From: Utricularia gibba
Taxonomy: Eukaryota; Plantae; Magnoliophyta
DNA: 64,000 nt
Direction: 5' to 3'
Assembly (NCBI GenBank): GCA_002189035.1
Contig: NEEC01000009.1
Span: 1,426,001-1,490,000, forward strand
Of this stretch, positions 24,597 to 40,036 are shown piece after piece. The notes under the pieces are model-generated. The model was not told where the DNA came from. It saw nothing but the letters and a program-made list of their open reading frames with translations, and searched no databases. The position numbers and the translations under genes were made by a program. Numbering within the stretch: position 1 is the stretch's first letter; each line of letters starts with the position of its first letter.

Positions 24597-26202
24597 TGAG
24601 GTTGAGGAAAAAAATGAGGAAGCCAAATTCTTTGGTTTGCAATGCAGGGAGCAGATGCTCAATCCCCTTGGTATTGTGTAGCATGGCGGGATTAATAATA
24701 TTACTTCATATATATAGCTTGAAATCACAGCACGATGCACAAAGCAGAGACGTAGGAGATATACATATAAGCCATCATATGGTGTTGCAGTTGCATGAAC
24801 TAGAGATGGTTGAGGAGGAAAACATACAAATGCCTCCACCCAGGAAACGATCCCCTCGTGCAGCCAAGAGGAAACCTCAGCGGCCTTCCACCTTGATTGA
24901 TGAGTTTCTGGATGATTCTTCACTAATACGGCATGTGTTCTTTCCGTCCTCAAAATTATCTATAGATCCCACACAGGTTGACAGCAACGACAGCTTATAC
25001 TATTATCCAGGAAGGATATGGCTGGATACTGAAGGAAATCCTATTCATGCTCATGGTGGTGGAATGTTGTATGATGCGAAGTCTTCTACTTATTACTGGT
25101 ATGGAGAATATAAAGATGGTCCTACTTACCATGCTCACAGAAAAGGATCAGCAAGGGTAAAATTCTATTGCATATAGTGCACTTCTACTTCGAATTTCAA
25201 CGGTTTGGGGTTTTTTAAGAGAATTACCTATCACCATGCTATAGTGTTTTGTCTACATTGGTAGTTGATGCAAGTCAAACTCTTTGGATATCTCTTTTCT
25301 GAATAACCCATTGATGCACATATTTTGACGTTAACCTGACTGGTGGTTCATTTCAGGTCGATGTCATCGGTGTTGGTTGTTACTCTTCAAAAGATCTATG
25401 GACATGGAAAAATGAGGGCATAGTCCTTGCTGCGGAGGAAAAAAATGAGACCCATGACCTCCACAAGTTCAATGTCCTGGAGAGGCCAAAAGTAATTTAC
25501 AATGACAAGACTGGGAAATACGTAATGTGGATGCATATTGACGATGCCAACTACACTAAAGCATCTGTAGGTGTGGCGATGAGCGACTCCCCAACTGGCC
25601 CCTTTAAATATCTATACAGTAAACGCCCCCATGGTTGTGAGAGCAGAGACATGACAGTCTTCAAAGATGAAAATGGAGTTGCTTATCTAATCTACTCCTC
25701 AGAAGACAACAGTGAGATTCACATAGGACCCCTGAGTAGCGACTATCTGGATGTCACACCAATCATGAGAAGGATCCTTGTCGGGCTACATCGAGAGGCT
25801 CCAGCAATGTTCAAACACCAAGGAATATACTACATGGTCACCTCTGGTTGCACAGGGTGGGCTCCGAACGAGGCTCTTGTACATGCTTCCGAGTCGATCA
25901 TGGGGACATGGGAGACGATGGGGAACCCGTGCATCGGCGGAAACAAGATCTTTCATCTCACAACATTCTTTGCTCAGGGCACCTTCGTGCTACCGCTGCC
26001 GGGTCTTCCGGGTTGTTTCATCTTCATGGCAGACAGATGGAGCCCTGCTGACCTCAGGGATTCAAGATATGTGTGGCTGCCATTGACAGTAGGGGGAGCC
26101 GCTGATCAGCCACTGGAGTTCAGCTTCGGATTCCCCGTGTGGTCGAGAGTTTCCATTTTCTGGCACAGAAGATGGAGGCTTCCTTCGATGTGGAGTGCTT
26201 AG
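24597..26202 (+). CDS. Glycosyl hydrolase family 43 protein; exons 24597-25156, 25357-26202
   Basis: N-terminal membrane anchor, WLDTEGNPIHAHGGG, YYWYGEYKDG, HGCESRDMTVFKD, REAPAMFK and FIFMADRW. Confidence 0.9.
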
Positions 26203-26944
26203 GAAAGGACGCTGCTGCACATTTGTTGAATTGTAACCATGCCTTCTCTTTTCTCTCTTGTTGTAATATTAACGTCTCAGTCTCAGAAGAAACTTTTCTT
26301 TTGTTGTACAATATACATAATCTTCGTCTCTTCTTCACATAATATGCAGGCAAGCCAGAATAGTGAACCCGGTTCGACCGGGTCCAGTTTCAATTCTGTT
26401 TGTTTTTACTTTAAAAAAAATCTAAGTATAAATTACGAATTGAAATGCCGGTGGATGGAGGAGGGTTTAGGAAACAACCGCTTCTTCCTGCTGGTTTTGG
26501 TGCCTGGGTTCGGCAGGTAGATTTTCTTTTCCGCTTTGTCTCCAGTTCCTGTTTTTAGCGTTTGAGGTCAGTAGTATGAAAACGGCTCCAATTGGAGTCA
26601 GATTTTTTCGTATAGTCGATTCACTGCGTTTTTTCGTGAGAGTTGGGGATGTGAATGGTCGGAAGGTGGAAGAAGAAAAGAAAGATGAGTCGTTGTGTTG
26701 GGGTGCATCTGTGAGTCAAAGTAAAGCCAGTTTTAAGGTTCATAATGCTGCTTGATTCATCCGGTCGTTGGAATTGATTTTCCATTATGATGAATTCCTG
26801 TGTAGCGAGCAGCTGTTTTGCTAATGAGAGTCACCATTGTTTCTGGGATTGTGTTGCTTTTGTGATCATATAAAGCTCTTTTTTGGATTACCGGTTTTCA
26901 CCTTGTGTCATTCTTCAAGGCAATCGAACTTCTTACGGAGGTAA

Positions 26945-27594
26945 ATGCTATTCTTGAAGAGGATTGCTCCTGCCTCCTTTTCATCACCTTTGTTTAGATG
27001 GCTTGATGTTCGCCTCTCTTCCACGCAGCTTTTCATTGGAGGTTCATCTCTACTGCTCTTTTTTCTTTTGCATATTTGGCACCTCAACCGGGCAGAGCCA
27101 TCTATTCGATGTCATGAATTTGTAGTTGAACGACAAGCATGTCATATTCGATGGGCCATCGTGCTGATGGAATTATATCCATCTGCTCTTCCCTCCAAAC
27201 CTAAATCTTCACCTTTGCAGGTCTTTGTTACGATACAAATGAAACCATATTGAAGTCTGCATTCGAGAAGTATGGGGAGGTGATCGAAGGTAACCAAGAC
27301 TACTACAACATCCCTTCAACTCATTCCATGTTTCCTGCTAAATTAGATGGCCTGCTGGTTCTACCAGCTAAGGTGATCTGTGATCGCGTGAGTGGCAGAT
27401 CAAGAGGATACGGGTTTGTTCGTTTCGCCTCAGAAACCGCAGCGAGCAATGCATTGGAGATGATGGATGGCCAGGTAACCCTCCATTCTCGTCTTGCTCC
27501 AAGCTCCTGCACGGACACTATAGATGCCTTCCATGGATCTTGCTAGGTGCTTGAAGGCAGAAGCTTACGTGTTCATTATGCGCATAGAAGCTGA
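26945..27594 (+). CDS. Small organellar single-RRM RNA-binding protein; exons 26945-27041, 27221-27289, 27368-27474, 27547-27594
   Basis: Transit-peptide-like N-terminus, RNP2 LFIGGL and RNP1 RGYGFVRF; the spliced frame ends LRVHYAHRS*. Confidence 0.88.
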
Positions 27595-27975
27595 AGCAGG
27601 GAGGTGTTGAACCACTTGAAACTCTCTTTGTTTTTTGGTATCGCGAGGTTAATTAGTTGAAAATGGATAATAATTTATAATAATAATCAAACATTATTCT
27701 ACCAAATGATAATAGTCATTTTTATTTAGAACATATTATAATTAATATAAATATTTTAATGACTTGTTATATACTTTAATTATACAAATTTAATCATATA
27801 TTATTATTGACTGTGTTAAACATATTCAACTTTTATCAAATGATATTGACACCTATTCACAACTACACGTTCGATTTTTTTTTTTAGCGGAATGAATTAA
27901 AAATAATCATTAAGTAATATAAATTTTCAATTCAGCCGATGGCAAACTTGCCGGCCGGAACGCAGAAGGTGGGAG

Positions 27976-28653
27976 ATGGCGTGGAGGGGGCAGTTGTCAA
28001 GATACATCAAGGAGCTTCGGTTCCTGTTGTCTCCGAATTCTCCTTCCAGCGCTGTTACCAAGTGAGTCCTAATGTTTCCCTTCGCTGATTTGTTCCGTGG
28101 GTGATTTCCGAATCCTGTTCCGCTTATGTTCCAGTCTATGTATTCGCAGAAGTTTTATTGAAAGTCATTACAAGGATCTGAAAACGAAGAACCCTAGGCT
28201 CCCGATTTTGATCCGTGAGGCAACTGGGATTCAGCCTCAGCTTTGGGCTAGATACGGTATGAACCTAAATAACTAAATCATCGTGTCTTGAGATCCGTCT
28301 TAATTGAAGCAGTAAACATTCAGCATAGCTGCGGGAGGGTATAAAATAAAATTGGGATCCGTGTGAGTGCCCTAGTCTTGCATCCCTGGAATTTCTGTAG
28401 TTTAGTTCTTACAAAATGGCCTTTAGATGAGATTGCAGTAAGGTTTTATGCAGTTGGTATTCCTGAGTTGTTTGATTAAAGCATCTCCCTTGTAGAGGTC
28501 TTTGTAGCCTGATGTCCTGAAAGCTTTCTTTGTTTTACAGACATGGGTGTTGAGCGTGGAATACACTTGGAAGGCTTGAACGAAGAACAGATATCCAAGG
28601 CGCTTGAGGATCTATCCAAAGGGGGGCCTTCTGCTTCCTCCTCTAGAGGCTGA
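27976..28653 (+). CDS. NDUFA2: NADH dehydrogenase 1-alpha subcomplex subunit 2 (complex I B8); exons 27976-28061, 28150-28256, 28541-28653
   Basis: [18 protein letters not shown]...[42 protein letters not shown]...ISKALEDL; missed by the ORF track because the exons are short. Confidence 0.92.
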
Positions 28654-29124
28654 GACAACCTCACATTGGTAACTTCTGTAGTTCAATAAAAAACGTTGCT
28701 TGCGGTTGTGGTGAGACCTCATTGCATCGGTAACTCATGTTCTTGGGTTTTCTGGATAGTGTATCCTTTCAGTAACTGCTTCCTGCACATTTCTGTGATG
28801 GCATGCGCAAGATTACATTTCTGTGATGGAATGATTCCTGTTTACGAGCCGGTTTTGTGCACAGCTTACAATAATGATATTCAAAAAAATCGACAGCAAT
28901 TCGAGTTTGCATTTTCAGAACAGAGCATGCAGTGCATTTGCACAACAATGAAGCGCAAGAACCAACAATGAGACATAAACCAACCAGCAAGGCGATGAAG
29001 TTCCCCAGCACTTGATGGAATTAACAAAGACCAGGTGCTCATTCCGGGAGCATAGAATATGAAGATGCTGAAGTAGGCAGGCCATCCAAAACTGAAGATT
29101 ATGGCCATAGTAAAAGGTTGCAGC

Positions 29125-29690
29125 TCAGTAAAAGTGACCAAGGACCATTTCTCCTACAGGCTTCTTCATGATCCATACTCCCAGAAGAAGTTGCTAGCAC
29201 GATGTAGCCAAACTGTGACCAAAGTCAGACAAATCTCAGTCTTTGTGAAGCGATAACATAGGAAAGACCAGCTTTTCCAGTCATATCGTACCACAGTAGA
29301 CCAATATATCTGCCACCCACAAAGGAAAAACCATCCAAAGTCGATGATGGATCCGTTACCTGTTTTGAGGGAAGCAGTCTTGTAGTCCAGGACTGATAAC
29401 ACCATATTTGTCCAACCTTCTATTCAACTCAACCACATTTCTCCCAGCACGGTGATCATCACACATGCTCAGACTCTGCATAAATGTCAGCTAACAGCAA
29501 GACCGCCAATAATAATAGGACTGCATAAATGAAAGGCATGGAAATGCTAGAACAAGTACCATGCTTCTTCTGGATGACCAGAAGTAACTTAATGATCACT
29601 TTTGACGAAGGCTGGGTGAGGCTTCCCCCTGTTTCGCTCTACATTTTACATGCTCTTCGAAGCATCATTCGAGACACTGACTCTCACCAT
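29125..29690 (-). pseudogene. RPS15a: Cytosolic 40S ribosomal protein S15a pseudogene, unprocessed; exons 29690-29560, 29490-29360, 29212-29125
   Basis: MVRVSVSNDASKSM*NVE (TAA at 29648-29646 where Tyr is expected), QPSSKVIIKLL, DDHRAGRNVVELNRRLDKYGVISP, WTTRLLPSKQ|FGYIVLATSSGSMDHEEA and VLGHFY*; frameshifts and internal deletions; splice sites retained. Confidence 0.9.
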
Positions 29691-30190
29691 TTTCCAAATT
29701 CAGATGCGAAACCTGTTTCACAATGTATCCAAATAAACAGGAGTCACAATAGAATTAACAACTGCATCCTCTACCTCCCTTCCAACGCCATGAAGCACGA
29801 AACCGAAACAAAAGCAAAGAAAAGTATCCGCAATCGAATCTGCTTCTCAAGGGTTAACACCGACCGATTCACCAACTTGCCCCTTCTGTGAAGCCCCAGC
29901 CCAGCCCACACAACACGTAGCCCGGTCTACTGAGGTTGAGGGCTGCGGTTAATGTCATAAAATAATAAATTCAATTTAAAATTATGTTGAATTACATTAT
30001 TTATTTTTTTACTATATTTCGTACATTGAACCTAGACATTCAATACTTAGGGGGGTAAATGCGATAATATTAAAATATTTTAACAGGAATATTATTTTAA
30101 AATTTGTGGATATACTGCAGCACTGCACCACTGGCCACTGTCGTTTCAGCTTCTGAGCAAAAACGACGATTCCTCTGTGGCCGGGCAGCA

Positions 30191-31491
30191 ATGTCCCAAC
30201 CGCGAATCGCCAGCTTGTACCTGTTCGTCTACAACATTCTGCAGGCATCGGGATGGTAAAATGCGCTCCCCGATTGATTGAATATCATCCTTTGACTCGG
30301 AATCAGTCTCCTTTTAATACGATATTTATTTTCTCCCGGCCTTCAGGGCCTTTTCTCTGTTGAAGATCCTGGGTAGCGTTGTCACCACCAACTCAGTGAC
30401 GGCCGCTTATTCTTCTGCGGGCAGAGAAATATGTAATCTCCCACGACCTTGTAGTAAACACAATTGGAGGTTCGTCATTTTTCTCTTTTTTGATCTGGGC
30501 TGCAGGTTTTCTCCAGACTCTTGCATTCCTTGAAGTTATTCATGGTGCTGTAGGTGATTTTCAGATCCACTGTGTAAACTGATTGTTTTGGGATTGCTGG
30601 ATTATGAAGTTCTTGAATTGGATGTTTCTTTAAGGAATTGTTCCAAGTGGGATATTGCTTCCTCTGATGCAATGGGGTGGGAGAAGTCACTTTCTTCTCG
30701 CTGTTGCTGCACGAATTCCAGAGGTTTGTAATTGGAGTGCATTTTTCATACCCGATTCATTGTCACTCCCATCAAAATCAGTTTTTTGCACATGGTTGTT
30801 GCAGGTCCAGGAATCACCATCAGTCTTCATAACCTTCTTGGCTTGGAGTTTATCTGAAGTCAGAGCCCTTCTCAAGTCCATTTGTCCCAATAACGCGCAC
30901 TTTACTCATTTTGCTTCTTCTTCCATGTAGCTGATCAGGTACTCACACTATGCAGTGAACTGCATTGGAACTTCCCCAAAATGGATCACTTTCTTGAGGT
31001 ATAGCATCTAATTTTTCCAGAGTTGGTGTGGTGCTTCGTGAGTATCAAATTCAACAAGACATTGTGTCTACTGATAGGTACAATGCTTTCATTGCCCTGT
31101 ATCCAATCGGCATCTTTCCAGGAGAAAGTGAGTAAACACGAGCACAATTATCCCATACCTGCATCTCTTTGTTGATAGACAGACAACATTTGATCTCTCT
31201 GTGTAATTCACCTTGCGTACCAGTGTGGCTTATGTACCAAGCACTCCCTTTTATAAAGAAGCATAATCTGTATGCAGATAGCCTCCCCTTCAGCTATCAC
31301 GGGTTCATCAGGGCAAGTTGTTTGAACCTTTCTCTGAAGGTCTTCCAAGCTGGCTTGTGATTGACATTTGACATTGTGTGTGAACGCAGGGCTTGCTTCT
31401 CTGCTATCCCTTTTTGTGGATGAAACTCTATCTCCACCTGTTCAAGCAACGCAGCTCAAAACTGCGCAAGCAGAACAAGAAGGAACAGTAG
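30191..31491 (+). CDS. HACD: Very-long-chain 3-hydroxyacyl-CoA dehydratase (HACD/PTPLA family), 9 exons, last intron GC-AG (31313-31389)
   Basis: LYLFVYNILQASGW, LQTLAFLEVIHG, LPLMQWGGRSHF, AWSLSE|LIRYSHY, LYPIGIFPGE and LYLHLFKQRSSKLRK. Confidence 0.88.
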
Positions 31492-32030
31492 GCGTACAGA
31501 CGTCTTGGTATGATCGATCATAGGAGCCTGACTCATATGACATGCTTCATTCATGTAGCTTTCTTTTCGTTTGCTTCCAATAAAAGCACTGCCCCCCACT
31601 TCTACTCCAACACCTTGAACCAGTTACTCTCTCATCGTCATGGATTGCATGATGAAAACTTTATGGCTACCACTCAGCCAGATTACATGGCTCCATGAGC
31701 AGCAAAATCATGACCGAGGGAGAGAATTCAATGTGTTTTCTGGCATCCCACTTGGTCAAATTTAGATTCAAGTTGGCATTTTTTTCACATATTTTTTGAA
31801 ACCCGAAACCCAGAAAACTACTTCCCATCACGTGGAGAGAAATGCGGTACACTTCATGTCCGTGTCTGATGCAGGTCAATAGAGAAATAAAATATTAGAG
31901 GAAAGGGAAATAAGAGTGACAAAGGGGCAGTGTCAGAGCTGGCTGGCATCATCGTCATCTGGATCACGAGACACTTGATTCCAAGAAAGGCCAACCAAGA
32001 CGGAAAACGCCAGTAATCAGTCGTAATCAA

Positions 32031-32809
32031 TCAGCCATAATAACCACCACTCCAACCGGTCGGTGCTCGCCAAAGCTCAGCACTCTTCACCCTCGAAATG
32101 CTTTCCAGAACCCTCGCCGGACTCACGTCTCCGACCACCGTCACCTTCTTCGTCGCCATGTCTATGCTGAATGAGGCGACCCCTGTCCAAACAGACATAC
32201 ACAAGATGATTATGGTTTATAATGTAATACGAGTATTCTAACAGACGCGATCAAAAGGGATAATCTGGAAAAAAGGGTAGTGAGATGGATGCATGCCTTG
32301 CATTTTGGAGATGTGTTTTCTGACTTTCGCCTCGCATCCCTTGCAATGAATGGAGACCCGCAGCTCCACCACCTACACAAAACTAGGATCTGATGAGCCG
32401 TGTAATACAGTTTATCAGATGAGCTTTAAGATACAGAGAAGAGATCCGAAACCTGGTGACGGGGGGAGTGTTCCGTTGCCGCCTTTCTCATATCCATTTC
32501 CGGTTTGAACAGCGGCGGAAGAGCATCGGAACCCAGTCGATGATATTGCAGCGACTCCGGTTTCTGGATCCAACCCCGAGTCCCGGCAGAGATTTTTGGG
32601 AGAGATTCGTTGGTTTGTTTAGAACCAGACGAGGTTTTAGTGCTACCCCCATTGAAAACGTCGACGTGGGAACAGGGCACAACCAGCCTCGGGGTCGCCG
32701 GTAACCGGTGAAGGTGTCGCCCGACCGGCTGGTAAATAGCGCGGTGGTTGATGCTTGAGCAGACGGCGGTGGACCCCGGAGAGGCGCAGAATATCTCTTT
32801 GGTCTTCAT
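32031..32809 (-). CDS. Heavy-metal-associated (HMA) domain protein, NaKR-like; exons 32809-32453, 32372-32297, 32182-32031; second intron GC-AG
   Basis: N-terminal IFCASPGSTAVCSS, then VVELRVSIHCKGCEAKVRKHISKMQ|GVASFSIDMATKKVTVVGDV with an intact CxxC. Confidence 0.88.
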
Positions 32810-33763
32810 TTCGCCCCCAGGGAGAACGTGAGTGCTGATCGAGCTCGCAACTCATATATGGCATGCCGGAGAGAGAATAAAACAATTAACAGAAGGCTTC
32901 ATATTTGAATTTCAAATTAAAATTATATTTGATAATATATATTTAAAATAATATTATATTCGATACCTAATTTTATAATAAATAAAAATTTTATAAATTA
33001 CATATATATTGAATAAAGAAATGCAAATTTATGTTGTGATTTATGTATTTAGGGAAATCATTTTTTTTTCCATTTTTTTTGATGTCATAACGGTTATATT
33101 CCATGTGGAAAATATTAGTGATTCCAAAAATAGAAACAAAAATTGGATGAATAAATTGAATAAAAAACTATATAATCTATTATTTAAATTTGAACTAGAT
33201 TTGAATTCTATAGTTTAAGTTGATGTGAAATCAAATCAATTTATGTTTTAATTATATTAATATGTAAATAAATACTAATTAGCATGATAAAAATATTCCA
33301 TTTTTAAAATAATTTTTATTGAATTAAATAAAACATAAAACATTAAATTTAAATTATTTTTCTTTTTTCACACTAGTGTGAAATTATTTCAATGGTATTT
33401 ATAAGAAAATAAAGATTGACTTTTTTCATACATTTTGTAATTGTTTAATAAAAAATCGGATCATGGAATTTGGATATGGTTTTAATTATATTTTTTTGAA
33501 TTAACAATATTTTAAAAAGTAATATCCTTATTTTATGCTGGGAATGATTGACAATAATTTTTGTATTAAATTAGACAAAAAAAAGTTGGCACAAGCGGAG
33601 GAGGGATTGGATGATGGGAACAGAAAGGGGAATAGATAGGGAGGAGGAAATCATGCTCCTTGCCCAGTTTCTATTCCTTTCATATGAATGAATGCTGAGG
33701 TTGACGCCGCCCCAAGAGATCAGATCAGATCAGATCAGATAGCTGGCTGGCTGCCTGGCTCTG

Positions 33764-33892
33764 TCATCTGCCCGGTGGTTTCTTCTTCTTTGAAAAATGG
33801 GCTGATTTCTGGTGTTGATTGGAGCCATCCTCCCTCCCTTGCTGTCCCTGGGGGCAGTCTTCCAGCAGCTGTTTACTCCTCGTCGACGCCAT
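33764..33892 (-). CDS. Candidate 42-aa small ORF (MASTRSKQLLEDCPQGQQGREDGSNQHQKSAHFSKKKKPPGR)
   Basis: cacATGGCG start context, upstream CT/ACAT-repeat leader, and site II and telo-box motifs at ~34000-34090; no homologue recognised. Confidence 0.25.
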   Translation of the reverse strand: MASTRSKQLLEDCPQGQQGREDGSNQHQKSAHFSKKKKPPGR

Positions 33893-34884
33893 GTGAATAA
33901 TGTATGTATGTATGTATGGGGAGGAGGAGGGAGGAAGGAAGGAAGGAAATCAATCAACCCGTTACAGCAGGCAGGCACTTGTGACTCGGGTTTCACACAT
34001 GGGCCGGCCCATTACTCCATCACTGTACGGACGAAACGGCGGCGTTTGTGATGGGGCCCACGCATGTCGTCTACAAAGAAACCCTAGGGCTCGTGAATTA
34101 TGGGTGAATTATTTCGCACACGCGAACTTGCCATTGAAAAACATAAAGAGTTTAACACACAGGAAAACAGGAGTGTGCCTGGAATCGTGAGGAAAAGACG
34201 AAGAGGGTTTCTTTCTTGGTGTTGATTCATTCCATTCTTTCTTGGAAGTCAAGTTGATGAGAGTTATAGGTGTCGGAGGTCGATATCCAGAATCAGAAAA
34301 AATGATGAAGCTCAACTTCAAGAATCACAGATATTCCGGCATGAAGAAAGGGAACTGAACGCGACTCGCGCAATCAAAATGATCTAATCTCTCCCCCCAT
34401 TGTTTTAACTACCAGGAAGGAAGCTTCGAGAAGCTCTTCGTTTCTTTTTTTTACCGGTGTGGGTCGTGGGCATTCTTGTAATTTCACGTACGGTTGACTA
34501 GAGTCCATGAATTGAGGGGGAGTTGAGTGGAGGGGATGAGCAGAAATTCTGGATGGAAGGAAAGCGAGATGCTTCTTTGTTCATGGTTTGCAGATCCCTG
34601 TACGACATTTCAGTTACAGTCATAGAATCATCTCCGAATCTGGATATCTTTTTCTCCGATTAATTGGCATCCTCATTTCTCCATCCAAAATCGTCGTTTA
34701 AGCACGCCTATAAGAGTTGCTGCTGCTGGGTGGGTTCTACCTCTTTTTGAACATGTGATTCGTAATTAGTTGCGCGGTTGTTATTGGGTTTTGGTTCATA
34801 TCAAAATTTCCTACGGTTTTTTCTCATTACGTCTCCCCTGTTGCTGGCTTTTGTTTCTTGAGAACTGGAAATTGTCTTTGATTG

Positions 34885-38890
<4,006 letters not shown>

Positions 38891-39077
38891 AGCCAAACCA
38901 TCTGTTTTTTTTCTTTTAGTAGGTGCCGTTGTTCTTGCTGCTGTTGATATCTTCCTTTACTTGGGGGAATGATTTTCATTTAAAAACGTGTTACAAGAAG
39001 CGGAAGACTGTTTGTTCATTTTGCATTGCAACGAAACAATTGCGTCTGATGACATCACGCCTTTTCCTTAAGGAGGA

Positions 39078-39401
<324 letters not shown>

Positions 39402-40036
39402 CTACTTCGCCTGGATCCAAAGCTCTCCTCTTCGGCGGTGAAAGTTAATTCCTGAGCCGATGGGGCGGGGCTTCGTTTCTGTATAAATAAACATCGTGGG
39501 CCCAAGGCAATGAGTAGACGAGGATCCGGGCTGCCTCAGAAACGTTTTTGAGCCGTTGATTTTACATCTATCGACGGTGCGAAGTAATGCATCCTCTGCA
39601 CACAAGATGGAGTTCTAGGCAGTTTAGGGTGATGGGCGGAGACCGTTGTTCAAACAAAATAAACTGTAAGAAAACGTGAATGTGAATAGATACATGTGGT
39701 GTAGTTGGTACAAGTAATTATATACAATCAAATCATGCATGACCTGTGCAGAACACTTATTTGAATCACGCAGCAGCAGGAGCAGCATCCCCACATCTCT
39801 CAACAATGGCATACAACTGAGGGAGCTTCTTCAAATATTCCCATGGTCAGCAGCCCATCATTTTCCAGCTCCTGCAACAATGAATCCATATGGTGCTTCT
39901 TTAATATTTCGATGATGGGTGCCAGGTTAAGTCGATAGAACACACCAATACTTGAATATTGTGGGAAAAAAAATCCTGATGCGCCAACAGTTGGGAATGA
40001 ATGAGTACCTTGGGACTGGCACACACCTTATCATGA

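Noticed and set aside
1123-31491. KCS and HACD (both VLCFA elongase components) as a possible metabolic gene cluster
   Set aside because: They are ~28 kb and many unrelated genes apart; there is no cluster signature.
33620-33685. Purine/pyrimidine hairpin resembling a miR482-like precursor
   Set aside because: Low-complexity, imperfect pairing and no convincing mature sequence.
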